A stretch of DNA of 64,000 nt from Verrucomicrobiota bacterium (GTDB taxonomy: Bacteria > Verrucomicrobiota > Verrucomicrobiia > CAIQCK01). Made by a program: the position numbers and the translations under genes. Positions 9,223 to 19,454 of this stretch are shown one piece after another (the first letter of the stretch is position 1; each line of letters starts with the position of its first letter). The stretch covers positions 152,561 to 216,560 of the forward strand of contig JAPLTX010000045.1 of assembly GCA_026397915.1 (NCBI GenBank). Reading direction: 5' to 3'. The notes under the pieces were generated by a model that had not been told where the DNA came from, did no database searches, and saw nothing but the letters and a program-made list of their open reading frames with translations.

Positions 9223-12096
9223 ATGAGGAAGTTAATTCTCCGTATCGCCTCGCTGCTCGCGCTTGCGACCCTGCTTGCATGGCAGGCGCGCGGCGCGGAA
9301 ACCACGACGTTGTATGTCGCCACCTGCGGCAACGACGTCTGGTCTGGAAAACTGGCCAAGCCGAACGCCAAGAAGACGGATGGACCGTTTGCCACAATTG
9401 AGCGAGCGCGCGACGCTGTTCGTGTAATGAAGCGAAACGGCAAGCTGCCGAAAGGTGGCGTTGTCGTGGAGGTTCTCGCGGGCAGATATGAGATCGCCAA
9501 GCCGGTCGAACTTGTAGCGGAGGATTCCGGGACTGCTGAGTCGCCTGTCATCTATCGCGCGCGGCGGGGCGATACGGTTCACCTCAGCGGCGGACGCGTC
9601 GTGACTGGATGGAAACCAGTGACCGATCCGGTGGCGGTCGGCCGTTTGGATCCCGTTGCACGCGGCAAGGTGTTTCAGGCCGACCTGCGCGTGCTGGGCG
9701 TGACGGAATACGGCGACCTAGGTCTGGACGCGGCGGCGGGGTTGCAGTTGTGGCTGGCAAAGGTTGACAGTCAAGGCGAGGACGTGATTGGCAGCGCACT
9801 CGCCAGCCAGGGCAAGACAGTCAAGCCGCGACTGGAGGTTTTCTTCGACGACCAGCCGATGGAACTGTCGCGCTGGCCTAATGATGACTTCATCAAGATT
9901 CAGGAGGTGCTGGGCAAAACGGAAATCAACGTCCGCGGCACGAAAGGCTGCAAGGAAGGCATCTTCGTTTACGAAGGTGACCGGCCGAAACGTTGGGTGA
10001 ACGAACAAGACGCCTGGGTGGAGGGGTATTGGTTTCGCGACTGGGCCGTGCAGCGTCACAAGATCGCCTCGCTCGAAACGGAGAAACGCATCATCTCGGT
10101 GACGCCACCCTATCACTATTACGGATACCGCAAGGGGCAATGGTTCCGCGGATTCAATCTACTAAACGAGATTGATGAGCCCGGCGAATGGTATATAGAC
10201 CGGCAGGCGGGGATTCTTTACTTCTGGCCACCGGGCGAACTGGAACGTGGGCGCGTGGAGGTATCGATGGCCCCAGGACTGTTCACGTTGACAGAAGCGT
10301 CGCACGTCACCATCCGCGGGTTGTTGTTCGAGGCGGCGCGCAGCACGGCCATCACAATCAAGGGCGGCCAGCAATGCCGTGTTATCGGCTGCACGTTTCG
10401 CAATCTGGGCAATCACGCCATCACGATCTTTGATGGCAAGGAGAATGGCGTCATCGGCTGCGACATGTATGGCATGGGCGGCGGCGGGATTTATCTCGGC
10501 GGCGGCGACCGGAAGCTGCTCACACCGGCCGGGCACTTTGCCGAGAACAACCACATCCACCATTTCGGCCGATGGGACCGCATGTATCGGCCCGGCCTGT
10601 TCCTGAGCGGCGTAGGTCTGCGCGCGTCACACAACCTGATTCACGACGCGCCACACTCGGCGATCTTGTTTGGCGGCAACGACCACCTGATCGAGTTCAA
10701 CGAAATCCACAACGTCTGCTTCGAATCGCATGACTGCGGCGCGATCTATGCCGGCCGGAGTTGGACCCTTCGCGGTCACGTGATCCAACGTAACTACCTC
10801 CACCACATCTACGGAAAATCGGGCGGGCCCTGCAACGGCATCTACCTCGACGACCTGTTCTCGTCGGCCACGGTGCAGGGAAATGTGTTCTTCCAAGTGC
10901 TGCGGCCCGTGTTCCTCGGCGGCGGACGGGACAACATCATCCAGAACAACGTTTTCGTGGATTGTCCCAAGGCGATGCATTTGGACGCCCGCGCGCTCGG
11001 CTGGTGCGCTCCGCACGCCGACGGACGCATCAAGGAAGCCATCGAGAAAGGCACTATCGCTGGCGTCCGTTACAGAGAGCCACCGTTCAGCATGCGCTAT
11101 CCACAACTTGTCGGCCTGCTCGACGACGAGCCGAAGAAGCCAAAGGGAAATATCGTTCGCCGAAACATCTTCTGGCAGGGACGCGGTGAGAACCTCCGCC
11201 GCGTGGCAAACGGCCAACCTATAAAAGAGACGTGGTGGGACGACATTGAGCCGAAGGTCCGAGCGCTGGTGAAGATCGAGGACAATCTCATCAACGAAGA
11301 CCCGAAGTTTGTGAACGAGAGGACCAGCAACTTCCAGCTTCGCGAGGACTCGCCGGCCTGGAAACTCGGATTCGAGCGGATTCCCGTGGAGAACATCGGG
11401 CTATACCGTGACGACTGTCGGACGAGCTGGCCGGTGAAACATCCGGTTCGTGTCGTGACCGCTTCTGCAACGCTGAAACTCCTGTTCCTAGGCAACAGCA
11501 TTACCCGGCACGGACCGAAGCAGGACATCGGCTGGTCTGGCAACTGGGGCATGGCGGCCAGCGCGGAGGAAAAGGATTTCGTGCATCTCGTCGCGAGCGC
11601 CCTCGGCAAGACAGCGGGCGCTGGGCCCGAAGTGATGATTAGGAACATTTCTGAATTCGAGCGGCAATACGCAACCTTTGACGCGGAGGCGAAGTTGAAG
11701 GACACATTCGCGTTCGGTGCTGACATCATCGTTGTCGCGATTGGCGAGAACGTGCCGAGCCTGAATTCTGACGAAGCCAAGGTTCAGTTCGCAGCCAGCC
11801 TGAGAAAACTGTTGCGGGGCTTGAAGACCGACAAACACCCCACCCTCGTCGTGCGAAACTGCTTCTGGCCGAGCCAGGCCAAGGATCAGGTTCTCAAACA
11901 AGTCTGCCAAGAAGCGGGTGGAATCTTTGTGGACATCGGACAGCTCGCCAAAGACGAATCCAACTATGCGCGCTCGGAGCGCAAGTTCGTCCACAGTGGC
12001 GTGGCGGCGCATCCGGGTGACAAGGGCATGGCGGCCATCGCCAATGCGATTCTGGACGCGATCAGCAAACATCAAGGAAAGAACACGAACAAATGA
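9223..12096 (+). CDS. Secreted right-handed parallel beta-helix protein fused to a C-terminal SGNH domain
   Basis: Signal peptide; YVA..GND.WSG...DGPFATIERAR; DCGAIY and GIYLDD; tail LFLGNSIT...AAHPGDKG. Confidence 0.82.
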   Translation: MRKLILRIASLLALATLLAWQARGAETTTLYVATCGNDVWSGKLAKPNAKKTDGPFATIERARDAVRVMKRNGKLPKGGVVVEVLAGRYEIAKPVELVAEDSGTAESPVIYRARRGDTVHLSGGRVVTGWKPVTDPVAVGRLDPVARGKVFQADLRVLGVTEYGDLGLDAAAGLQLWLAKVDSQGEDVIGSALASQGKTVKPRLEVFFDDQPMELSRWPNDDFIKIQEVLGKTEINVRGTKGCKEGIFVYEGDRPKRWVNEQDAWVEGYWFRDWAVQRHKIASLETEKRIISVTPPYHYYGYRKGQWFRGFNLLNEIDEPGEWYIDRQAGILYFWPPGELERGRVEVSMAPGLFTLTEASHVTIRGLLFEAARSTAITIKGGQQCRVIGCTFRNLGNHAITIFDGKENGVIGCDMYGMGGGGIYLGGGDRKLLTPAGHFAENNHIHHFGRWDRMYRPGLFLSGVGLRASHNLIHDAPHSAILFGGNDHLIEFNEIHNVCFESHDCGAIYAGRSWTLRGHVIQRNYLHHIYGKSGGPCNGIYLDDLFSSATVQGNVFFQVLRPVFLGGGRDNIIQNNVFVDCPKAMHLDARALGWCAPHADGRIKEAIEKGTIAGVRYREPPFSMRYPQLVGLLDDEPKKPKGNIVRRNIFWQGRGENLRRVANGQPIKETWWDDIEPKVRALVKIEDNLINEDPKFVNERTSNFQLREDSPAWKLGFERIPVENIGLYRDDCRTSWPVKHPVRVVTASATLKLLFLGNSITRHGPKQDIGWSGNWGMAASAEEKDFVHLVASALGKTAGAGPEVMIRNISEFERQYATFDAEAKLKDTFAFGADIIVVAIGENVPSLNSDEAKVQFAASLRKLLRGLKTDKHPTLVVRNCFWPSQAKDQVLKQVCQEAGGIFVDIGQLAKDESNYARSERKFVHSGVAAHPGDKGMAAIANAILDAISKHQGKNTNK

Positions 12097-13220
12097 GAAG
12101 AGTGAATGTGCGTGCAACGATGATTCTGGCGGTCAGCTTGCTGACTCTGGCCGGGTGGGTATGGGACGCGGAAGCTCAGGACACAAAGCCCCGCATGAAG
12201 CTCGGCGCGTATTACTTCGCGGGATGGGCGGGCAAGTGCGCCTTCGACGACGGCACGGCAGAGAACGCTTGGGCCAAAGGAATGCCGACACACTACACCA
12301 AGAAGCTGGCCACCGAGTTCGCGGGTCGCACGCCGCTCTGGGGCTGGCGCGACGACACGCCGGAGTTGATGGAGCGGCAGATCGCCCTCGCGGCCGACCA
12401 CGGCGTGGCGTTCTTCTCGTTCTGCTGGTATTGGCACGACAACAAAGGCCCGATCAACACCAAGTCCATCGAGGACGACCCGAAGCATGTGCCCATGCGG
12501 CTGTTCATGCAGGCGAAGAACAACAAGCGGATGGAGTTCTGCCTGCTGGTGGCAAATCACGGCGGGTTTGAGATTGTTGGGCTGGAGGCGTGGAAACAGG
12601 CAGCCGACTATTGGTTGACGCTGTTCAAACATCCGAGCTATCTGCGCGTGGATGGCAAACCGTTGTTGGTGATCTTCTCGCCGCGAGGCGCCAACAAGGA
12701 GGGTCTGACCTATCTACAAGAGGCTGCGCGCAAGGCGGGCTTCCCGGGCGTGGCAGTCACAGGTTGCGCCAGCGGCAAATCCGAAGACGGGTTTTCGCTG
12801 CGGACGAACTACAACGTGACGCCGAAGGGGACGTGGGCCAGCAAGAACTCCGAAAGACACCCCTACCAGGAATTGGTCGAGGCGAACCTCCAAGCATGGC
12901 AGGGCACGCCCAGCCAACAGTTCATTCCTGTGGCGACGCAGGGTTGGGATCGCCGGCCGTGGGAAGGAATCGGCGGTCTGGGACCGAAAGGCTCGACGGT
13001 CTCGTGGTATTACGACAAAGGCACACCCGAAGCGTTTGGCGGGATGCTGACGAAGATGGCGCAGTGGATGGACGCGAACCCGGCACTGGCGACCAAGGAC
13101 CGGCTGGCGCTGATCTACGCGTGGAACGAAATTGGCGAGGGCGGTTGGCTGGTGCCGTGTAAGGACGACCCGGACGGCGCGTATCTGAAGACCATCCGCC
13201 GCATCGTTCTGGGCAAGTGA
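12093..13220 (+). CDS. Secreted GH99-like/WbsX-like glycoside hydrolase
   Basis: Signal peptide, AYYF, FCWYW, GWDRRPW and YAWNEIGEGGWL motifs. Confidence 0.78.
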   Translation: MRRVNVRATMILAVSLLTLAGWVWDAEAQDTKPRMKLGAYYFAGWAGKCAFDDGTAENAWAKGMPTHYTKKLATEFAGRTPLWGWRDDTPELMERQIALAADHGVAFFSFCWYWHDNKGPINTKSIEDDPKHVPMRLFMQAKNNKRMEFCLLVANHGGFEIVGLEAWKQAADYWLTLFKHPSYLRVDGKPLLVIFSPRGANKEGLTYLQEAARKAGFPGVAVTGCASGKSEDGFSLRTNYNVTPKGTWASKNSERHPYQELVEANLQAWQGTPSQQFIPVATQGWDRRPWEGIGGLGPKGSTVSWYYDKGTPEAFGGMLTKMAQWMDANPALATKDRLALIYAWNEIGEGGWLVPCKDDPDGAYLKTIRRIVLGK

Positions 13221-13246
13221 GAAGAACCGGTAGGAAGCATTCTGCA

Positions 13247-14443
13247 ATGAAGACCAAACACACGTTGACGTCATTTTGCGTGATGGGCGTGATGGGCATG
13301 CTCACGCTTTGCGCTGGAGAACAATCCGGCCAGAGTCGCCCACTGGTCGGAGCAATTCGATGGGACGCGTGGTATGGAGATCTTCCCGCGTCGGCGCGAC
13401 CGCCGACCTCGGTCGAGTTCCCGGGATTCGACGCCACGCGCAACCGAAAGGTAAGCCAGGATCCCGGCAAGGAGACGCGGCGCTCGCTCGCCGCGGAACA
13501 GTGGCGTTACCGCTGGCCATTTTTCACGGTGCTCGCGCCGGACGGGAGCGCGAACGACTTCAACGAGAACAAGACGAACGTGATCGAACAGGAGATCGAG
13601 TATGCCCTCCACGCTGGCTTGGACTACTGGGCGTTCACGGCGTATCCCGAAAACTGCCCGCTGAGCTACACGCTCAAAACGTTCCTGACCTGCAAGAACC
13701 GCGACAAGCTCAAGTTCTGCCTGTTCCTGCCGATGTGGCCGGCTTACGGGCGCATCGCGAACGCCGAGGCGGAAGAGGCGTATTGGGCGCACGTATTGCG
13801 GCTGGTCCGACAACCCAATTACCTGAAGGTTGAGGGAAACCGGCCGGTGTTTTATCTGGGGTTCCTGAATGACCAACTGGTCGAGAAGCTCCTCGCCGGG
13901 CCGTGGCCGAAGTTCTGCGCCGAGTTGGCGAAGCGTGGTTTCGGGAAACCGTGGGTGGCGATCTGTCACGGCGGCGCGAAAGCGGCCAAACGGTATTGCG
14001 ACATGCTGCAAGGCGACGCGCTGAGCCAATACGCCGTCGGCGGCAGCGCGAAGGCGGGGTCGTTTTCCGAGCTGGCCGCGCGCGCGGAGAAATTCTGGGA
14101 GGACTGCGCAGCCACGGGAGCGCCGGTCGCTCCGATTTGCATGGCCGGTTGGGATCGCCGCCCGCGCGTGACGAACCCGGTCTCGTGGGAGGACTTTCAC
14201 CTGAAACCGGACGCCTTCGAGCTTTACTACAAGCCCGGCACTCCCAACGAGATTGCCGCCCACGTCGGGCGCGGCACCTCGTGGTTTAAGAAGCATCCCA
14301 CCAAGAACGGCGTCGAGCTGGTGCTCATCTACGCGTGGAACGAATTCGACGAAGGCGGCTGGCTCGCTCCGGCGCTTCCTCCGCCGCACGGTGAAGGCAC
14401 GGCCCGCGTTGACGCGCTCCGCAAGGTTCTCGTGTCGCACTGA
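13247..14443 (+). CDS. Secreted GH99-like glycoside hydrolase (related to the upstream gene)
   Basis: GAIRWDAW, GWDRRP and YAWNEFDEGGWL motifs; AGGAAG precedes ATG 13247. Confidence 0.75.
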   Translation: MKTKHTLTSFCVMGVMGMLTLCAGEQSGQSRPLVGAIRWDAWYGDLPASARPPTSVEFPGFDATRNRKVSQDPGKETRRSLAAEQWRYRWPFFTVLAPDGSANDFNENKTNVIEQEIEYALHAGLDYWAFTAYPENCPLSYTLKTFLTCKNRDKLKFCLFLPMWPAYGRIANAEAEEAYWAHVLRLVRQPNYLKVEGNRPVFYLGFLNDQLVEKLLAGPWPKFCAELAKRGFGKPWVAICHGGAKAAKRYCDMLQGDALSQYAVGGSAKAGSFSELAARAEKFWEDCAATGAPVAPICMAGWDRRPRVTNPVSWEDFHLKPDAFELYYKPGTPNEIAAHVGRGTSWFKKHPTKNGVELVLIYAWNEFDEGGWLAPALPPPHGEGTARVDALRKVLVSH

Positions 14444-14468
14444 GGTCGTCGGGACTGGCTCGGGCAAA

Positions 14469-14535
14469 CCGCTAACCGCATCCACACACACGCGATTTTC
14501 ATCCCTTTACCGACGAGCAGCGTGTCGCACATACT
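14469..14535 (+). promoter_or_regulatory. Shared promoter module, copy 3
   Basis: CCGCTAACCGCATCCACAC..CGCGATTTTCATCCC, TTTACC (14506-14511), 18 nt, CATACT (14530-14535); ATG 7 nt later. Confidence 0.68.
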
Positions 14536-14542
14536 GCGGCGC

Positions 14543-16708
14543 ATGAACTCGACACGCGCTCCGCAGCCTCGGCGTTTCCCTCTTCGCATCCTTCTCCTGG
14601 CAACGGCCACACTTCTGACAGGCTCGTTGGCGACGGCGGCCAGCTTAAAGACTCCGAGCGGGACGCTGACAGTGGACGAGCGCGGGCTGAGCCTCGCGCC
14701 GCGTGACCCGGCGTGTCCGGCCATCGTCGCCCAAGGCGGGCCGATGTGGTCGCTCAGGCTTCAGACCCCGGCACGACAGATTCTGCTGCTGTCCACAGGC
14801 CAAAAACCACGACACGAAACATCCGCCGATAGCTTGCGGCTGGTCTACGAGAGCCTCACCGACGGCACGAACACCTGGAAGGTTGGCCTGACGCTGAACT
14901 TCCGCCGCAAGCAGGACGCGTTTGAGATCAGCGGCGAGCTGCGCAACAACAGCGAAGGAGTCATGGTCAGCGACCTGGCCTGCGTCGCACTCTCAGGCAT
15001 CGCGGCTCCGCCGGAGACGCATCCGTTGCTCTGGCCGAACGGTCTGGGCCAACGATTCGGCGCGGGCAGCAAGCCCGCCGAGCGCACGTTCCCCTACCCC
15101 AGCCGGACCGGCACGATGCAATGGTGCGCGTTCGCAGGCGAGCGCGGTGGCCTCTATGTCGGCTGCCACGACGCCACTCACAGCGCGAAGACTTTCGCGT
15201 CGCGATTCAATCCAAAGACGCGGCAGTCAACGTTGGCGATCCGTCATCAACTGTTCTGCGCCAGCGGCGGGCGCTGGACGTTACCTCCGACCGTGCTGCT
15301 GCCATACACCGGCACGTGGCATACGGCGGCGAAGTTCTACCGGGCGTGGTTCGATTCGGTCGCGAAGGTGCGTCCGCAACTCGATTGGGTGCGCGACGCG
15401 TCGGGCTGGCTGCTGTGCATCCTCAAGCAGCAGAACGGCTCGGTGATGTGGGATTACCCGTCGCTTGAACAACTCGCCGACATCGCGGACCAGCGCGGGC
15501 TGGACATCCTCGGCTTGTTCGGTTGGGCGCACGGCGGGCACGACCATCTTTACCCCGATTACATCCCCGACCCGCAGATGGGCGGTCCGGAGGTGTTGCG
15601 CCGCGCGTTGAAGGAAGTCCGACGCCGCGGCAAACGCTCCATCATCTACGCCAACGGCCAGCTGATGGACATCGCCACGGAGTATTACCGCACGCAAGGC
15701 AAAGATCAGGCGGTGCTGCGCGAGGACGGCACGCCCGTGCGCCAGAATTGGCAGAAGTTCAGGAGCTTCCCGCCGGTGAAATGCGCGCTCGCGTGTCAGG
15801 CGGCCGAGGGCTGGCGCAAGCGGATGTTCGAGCTGGCGCAGCAGGCACAGGAACTCGGCGCAGACGGCATCCTCTTCGACCAACTCGGCGTGACAGGGCC
15901 GATGCCGTGTTGGGCCAAGAATCACGGCCACCCGTCGCCAGCGGTGGTCTATGCGGGCGAACGCGCTGCTTGGCTGCGCCGCGTGGCCGACGAGATGAAA
16001 CGCATCGCGCCGGAGTTTATCGTGATGACGGAGGGCATCCACGACAGCGTGCTCGATTCGGTTCCGCTGTTCCACGGTTGCATGGTCGGTGTCTTCACCC
16101 CCACCGAGAAGGAGATGGCGTCGCATCTGGATGGAACCGGCACCGACCCGACATTCCCGGAAATGTTCCGCTTCACGTTCCCCGAAGTGCTGATGACCCA
16201 GCGCCACCCGACGCCGATGCTGGACCGGTTGGGCGCCAACTACGCGTGCGTCTATGGCCTGCGCTACGAGATCGAAAGCCGCTACGCTCCCGACGTTCGG
16301 TATCTGAAGGAAGGCGCAATCCCCACGCGCGCCGATTACGCGGACGTTCTGAATCCACCAAACATCCCGATGATGGCCGCCACGCCGCCCGCCGAGGCGA
16401 CGCGCTACCTCAAGCAACTGATCGAGTTCCAGCGGCGTCACACTGCGTTGTTGTGGCGCGGACGGTTTGTGGATGATCGCGGCTTCCAGTTCAAAGGCGA
16501 GCGACTCATCGCCAAAGCCTATGCCGCCGGCAACCAACTCGGCGTGCTCGTCTGGAACCCGACCGACACACCTGCGACATTCTCGCTGACCGTCCCGAAA
16601 GCTCGACTCACGGCCGTCGCCGAACCGGAGCGCGATCAAGTCAAAGCCTTCAGTCCTCTGCCCGCCCAGACGATCCGGCTGTTGGTCTGGCAGGAACAGA
16701 AACACTGA
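14543..16708 (+). CDS. Secreted DUF6259-like TIM-barrel putative glycoside hydrolase
   Basis: Signal peptide; GHDHLYPDY, IYANG, LFDQLG and FRFTFPE motifs. Confidence 0.72.
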   Translation: MNSTRAPQPRRFPLRILLLATATLLTGSLATAASLKTPSGTLTVDERGLSLAPRDPACPAIVAQGGPMWSLRLQTPARQILLLSTGQKPRHETSADSLRLVYESLTDGTNTWKVGLTLNFRRKQDAFEISGELRNNSEGVMVSDLACVALSGIAAPPETHPLLWPNGLGQRFGAGSKPAERTFPYPSRTGTMQWCAFAGERGGLYVGCHDATHSAKTFASRFNPKTRQSTLAIRHQLFCASGGRWTLPPTVLLPYTGTWHTAAKFYRAWFDSVAKVRPQLDWVRDASGWLLCILKQQNGSVMWDYPSLEQLADIADQRGLDILGLFGWAHGGHDHLYPDYIPDPQMGGPEVLRRALKEVRRRGKRSIIYANGQLMDIATEYYRTQGKDQAVLREDGTPVRQNWQKFRSFPPVKCALACQAAEGWRKRMFELAQQAQELGADGILFDQLGVTGPMPCWAKNHGHPSPAVVYAGERAAWLRRVADEMKRIAPEFIVMTEGIHDSVLDSVPLFHGCMVGVFTPTEKEMASHLDGTGTDPTFPEMFRFTFPEVLMTQRHPTPMLDRLGANYACVYGLRYEIESRYAPDVRYLKEGAIPTRADYADVLNPPNIPMMAATPPAEATRYLKQLIEFQRRHTALLWRGRFVDDRGFQFKGERLIAKAYAAGNQLGVLVWNPTDTPATFSLTVPKARLTAVAEPERDQVKAFSPLPAQTIRLLVWQEQKH

Positions 16709-16740
16709 CCGGCGCACCGGCGTTTGTTATACTCCCCACC

Positions 16741-17448
16741 ATGAAATCATCCATCGTCCTTCTCGCATCCCTCGTCGCTGTTGCCGCGTTTGCTGCCGAA
16801 CCGGCCGGCTACTACAGCCGCACCATCTTCTCCGATGACTTCAGCAGCAACAGCTTCGGCCCGCGCTGGGGTCACTACAAGAGCGGCAGCATCGTCAAGG
16901 ACGGCGTGCTCATCGGCATCACGCCGGAGAAATCCGACCACTCTGCGGTGGATAACATCCGGTTTCCGGGCGAGCGCGACCTGGAGGTGTCGGTGAAGTT
17001 CCGGTTCGTCAGCGAAAAGGCGAAGAGCTTCAACGTCTGGTTCGACGACAAGGACTACAAAGGTTCCCACGCCGGCCACATTTGCAGCGTCAGCGTCAGC
17101 CCGGCGGCCGTGAACATCGCCGATGCGAAGACGGGCAACTTTTGCAATAGCATCTACGAAAAGCGAAAATCCCCCGCGGGACTGAGCGATGCGGACAAGG
17201 CGTTTCTGCAAACCAAGTCCAAGAGCCAGCCCGTGAAGCTGACGTTGCAGGACTGGCATACGCTGGTGGCCCGCACGAGGGCCGACAGCGTCGAAGTCTG
17301 CCTCGATGGGAAAGTAGTAGGGACATTCCAGTCCGAAGGCATCGGCCACGACCATAAGACACTGGTGAGTCTGACGACCAATCCCGTGGACGTCCATTAC
17401 GACGACTTCAGCATCAAGGCTGGCGGCAACGCTGCGGCCAAGCCCTGA
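16741..17448 (+). CDS. Secreted concanavalin-A-like beta-sandwich protein
   Basis: Signal peptide (AFA), IFSDDFS start, WHTL...LDGK and YDDFSI; own promoter CTGACC-17-TATACT. Confidence 0.65.
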   Translation: MKSSIVLLASLVAVAAFAAEPAGYYSRTIFSDDFSSNSFGPRWGHYKSGSIVKDGVLIGITPEKSDHSAVDNIRFPGERDLEVSVKFRFVSEKAKSFNVWFDDKDYKGSHAGHICSVSVSPAAVNIADAKTGNFCNSIYEKRKSPAGLSDADKAFLQTKSKSQPVKLTLQDWHTLVARTRADSVEVCLDGKVVGTFQSEGIGHDHKTLVSLTTNPVDVHYDDFSIKAGGNAAAKP

Positions 17449-17465
17449 ACCCGGATTCTCTCATC

Positions 17466-19319
17466 ATGAGCACGCTCCACAAACTCCGTTTTCCCATCGT
17501 TTCGCTCTTGCTTGCCGCCGTCGCAGTCGTGACTGCTGCCGCCGCGACACCGAAGCGGCTCAAGCGCGCGGACAGTTTCTTCGGCATCCACTTCGACTTC
17601 CACGCAAACAAGGATTGCACCAACGTCGGCGCGAACACGACGCCCGCGATGGTCGAGAACATCATCAACCTCGTTCATCCCGACTACCTCCAGATTGACT
17701 GCAAAGGCCATCCAGGCATATCGAGTTATCCGACGAAGGTCGGCTATCAAGCGCCGCGTATCGTCGGCGATCCGCTACGCGTCTGGCGCGAAGTCACGGC
17801 CACACATGGCGTCGGCCTCTACATGCACTACTCCGGCGTGTGGGACTCAAAAGCCGTCAAGGAGCATCCCGACTGGGCCGCCATCAACGCCAACGGCAAA
17901 CCCAGCGAACGCGCCACATCGTTCTTTGGTCCTTACGCCGAGAAGCTGCTCATCCCGCAACTCCGCGAACTGGCCGGCGACTACGGCGTGGACGGCGCGT
18001 GGGTGGACGGCGAGTGCTGGGCGTCGGTGCAGGATTACGGCGCGGCGGCGCTGGCGGCGTTCCGCAAAGCTACCGGCATCACCAACGTGCCACGCAAGCC
18101 GGCGGATCCGCATTGGTTCGAGTTCCTCCAGTTCCACCGCGAGATGTTCCGCAAGTATCTGCGCCACTACATCGCCGAGGTGAAGAAGACGAACCCGAAC
18201 TTCCAAATATGTAGCAACTGGGCCTTCACCGACCACATGGCCGAGCCGGTGAGCGCGCCGGTGGATTTTCTGTCGGGCGATTATTCGCCGCAGGACAGCG
18301 TCAACTCCGCACGTCTCTCGGCGCGCTATCTCGCGCGGCAGGGCACGCCGTGGGACTTGATGGCATGGAGCTTCAGCACCAAGCCCACGCGCGCCCAGAA
18401 GACCGCCGCGCAGTTGCAACGCGAGGCCGCCGTGGTTCTCGCGATGGGAGGCGGCTTTCAGGCTTACTTCACCCAGAACCGCGACGGCTCGGTGCGCTTG
18501 AACGAGATGCCCGTGATGGCCGAGGTGGCGACGTTCTGCCGCGCCCGGCAGGCGATCTCTCATCACGCGCAGACCGTGCCGCAGGTGGGCCTGCTGCTCT
18601 CGACCACCGACCAGTATCGCCGGGCGAACGGACTCTTCTCGCGCGACCTGACGCGGATCAACGGCGCGCTCCATGCGCTGCTGGAAGGCCAGTGGTCCGT
18701 CGAAGTGCTCGGCGAACATCAACTCGCCGGCCGGCTGCGCGACTATCCGCTCATCGTCGTGCCAGAGTGCGAATACCTCGACGCGAAATTCCGCAATAGC
18801 CTTGCCGCCTACGTCAAAGCCGGTGGCAACCTGCTCCTCATCGGACCGAGTGCTGCAAAGCTGTTTGAACGAGAGCTTGGCGGCAAGCTGGAAGGTGAAA
18901 CCAAGATCGCCACGTATGGCCAGGGCAAGGTCGCTTGTTCGAGCTTCAGCGGGCAGACGTATCTGCGAGAGCGGCCGGAGCCGTTGCGGCGGTCGCTAAA
19001 CGACCTCGCACGCCAACTGTTCCCGAAGCCGATGGTCGAAGTGAAAGGCTCCAACGAGGTGGATGTCTGCCTCGCGCGCAATCACGGCAAGCTCCTCGTC
19101 AACCTCGTCAACGCGGGCGGCCCACACAAGACGCAGTCCATCATCGAGACCATCCCGCCCATCGGCCCGCTCGACATCACCCTCCGCCTGCCTCGCAACC
19201 CCGCCGCCGTCACACTCGAACCTGGCGCCCGCCCGCTGGCAACCGACTACCGCGATGGCCAACTGCGCCTGAACGTCCCGAAGGTGGAGATCCACGAAAT
19301 CATCGCCGTGCAACCGTAG
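17466..19319 (+). CDS. Secreted GHL6/alpha-fucosidase-like glycoside hydrolase with a glutamine-amidotransferase-like domain
   Basis: GIHFDFH, DCKGHPG, YGVDGAWVDG motifs; signal peptide. Confidence 0.72.
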   Translation: MSTLHKLRFPIVSLLLAAVAVVTAAAATPKRLKRADSFFGIHFDFHANKDCTNVGANTTPAMVENIINLVHPDYLQIDCKGHPGISSYPTKVGYQAPRIVGDPLRVWREVTATHGVGLYMHYSGVWDSKAVKEHPDWAAINANGKPSERATSFFGPYAEKLLIPQLRELAGDYGVDGAWVDGECWASVQDYGAAALAAFRKATGITNVPRKPADPHWFEFLQFHREMFRKYLRHYIAEVKKTNPNFQICSNWAFTDHMAEPVSAPVDFLSGDYSPQDSVNSARLSARYLARQGTPWDLMAWSFSTKPTRAQKTAAQLQREAAVVLAMGGGFQAYFTQNRDGSVRLNEMPVMAEVATFCRARQAISHHAQTVPQVGLLLSTTDQYRRANGLFSRDLTRINGALHALLEGQWSVEVLGEHQLAGRLRDYPLIVVPECEYLDAKFRNSLAAYVKAGGNLLLIGPSAAKLFERELGGKLEGETKIATYGQGKVACSSFSGQTYLRERPEPLRRSLNDLARQLFPKPMVEVKGSNEVDVCLARNHGKLLVNLVNAGGPHKTQSIIETIPPIGPLDITLRLPRNPAAVTLEPGARPLATDYRDGQLRLNVPKVEIHEIIAVQP

Positions 19320-19339
19320 GCCAGACACTCTTGTCTGGC
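19316..19339 (+). repeat. GTAG REP (single)
   Basis: GTAG GCCAGACA CTCT TGTCTGGC hairpin; same family as 39532-39596. Confidence 0.72.
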
Positions 19340-19454
19340 TCCAGAACGACGACAGGTGAATAGAACAACGGGCAACAAAAACAACTCCGAGCGTGATAGT
19401 TTTCTTCCCTGGTTCTTCTGCCCCCTGCTTTTCGCCTACCAATCCGCCGGTTCG

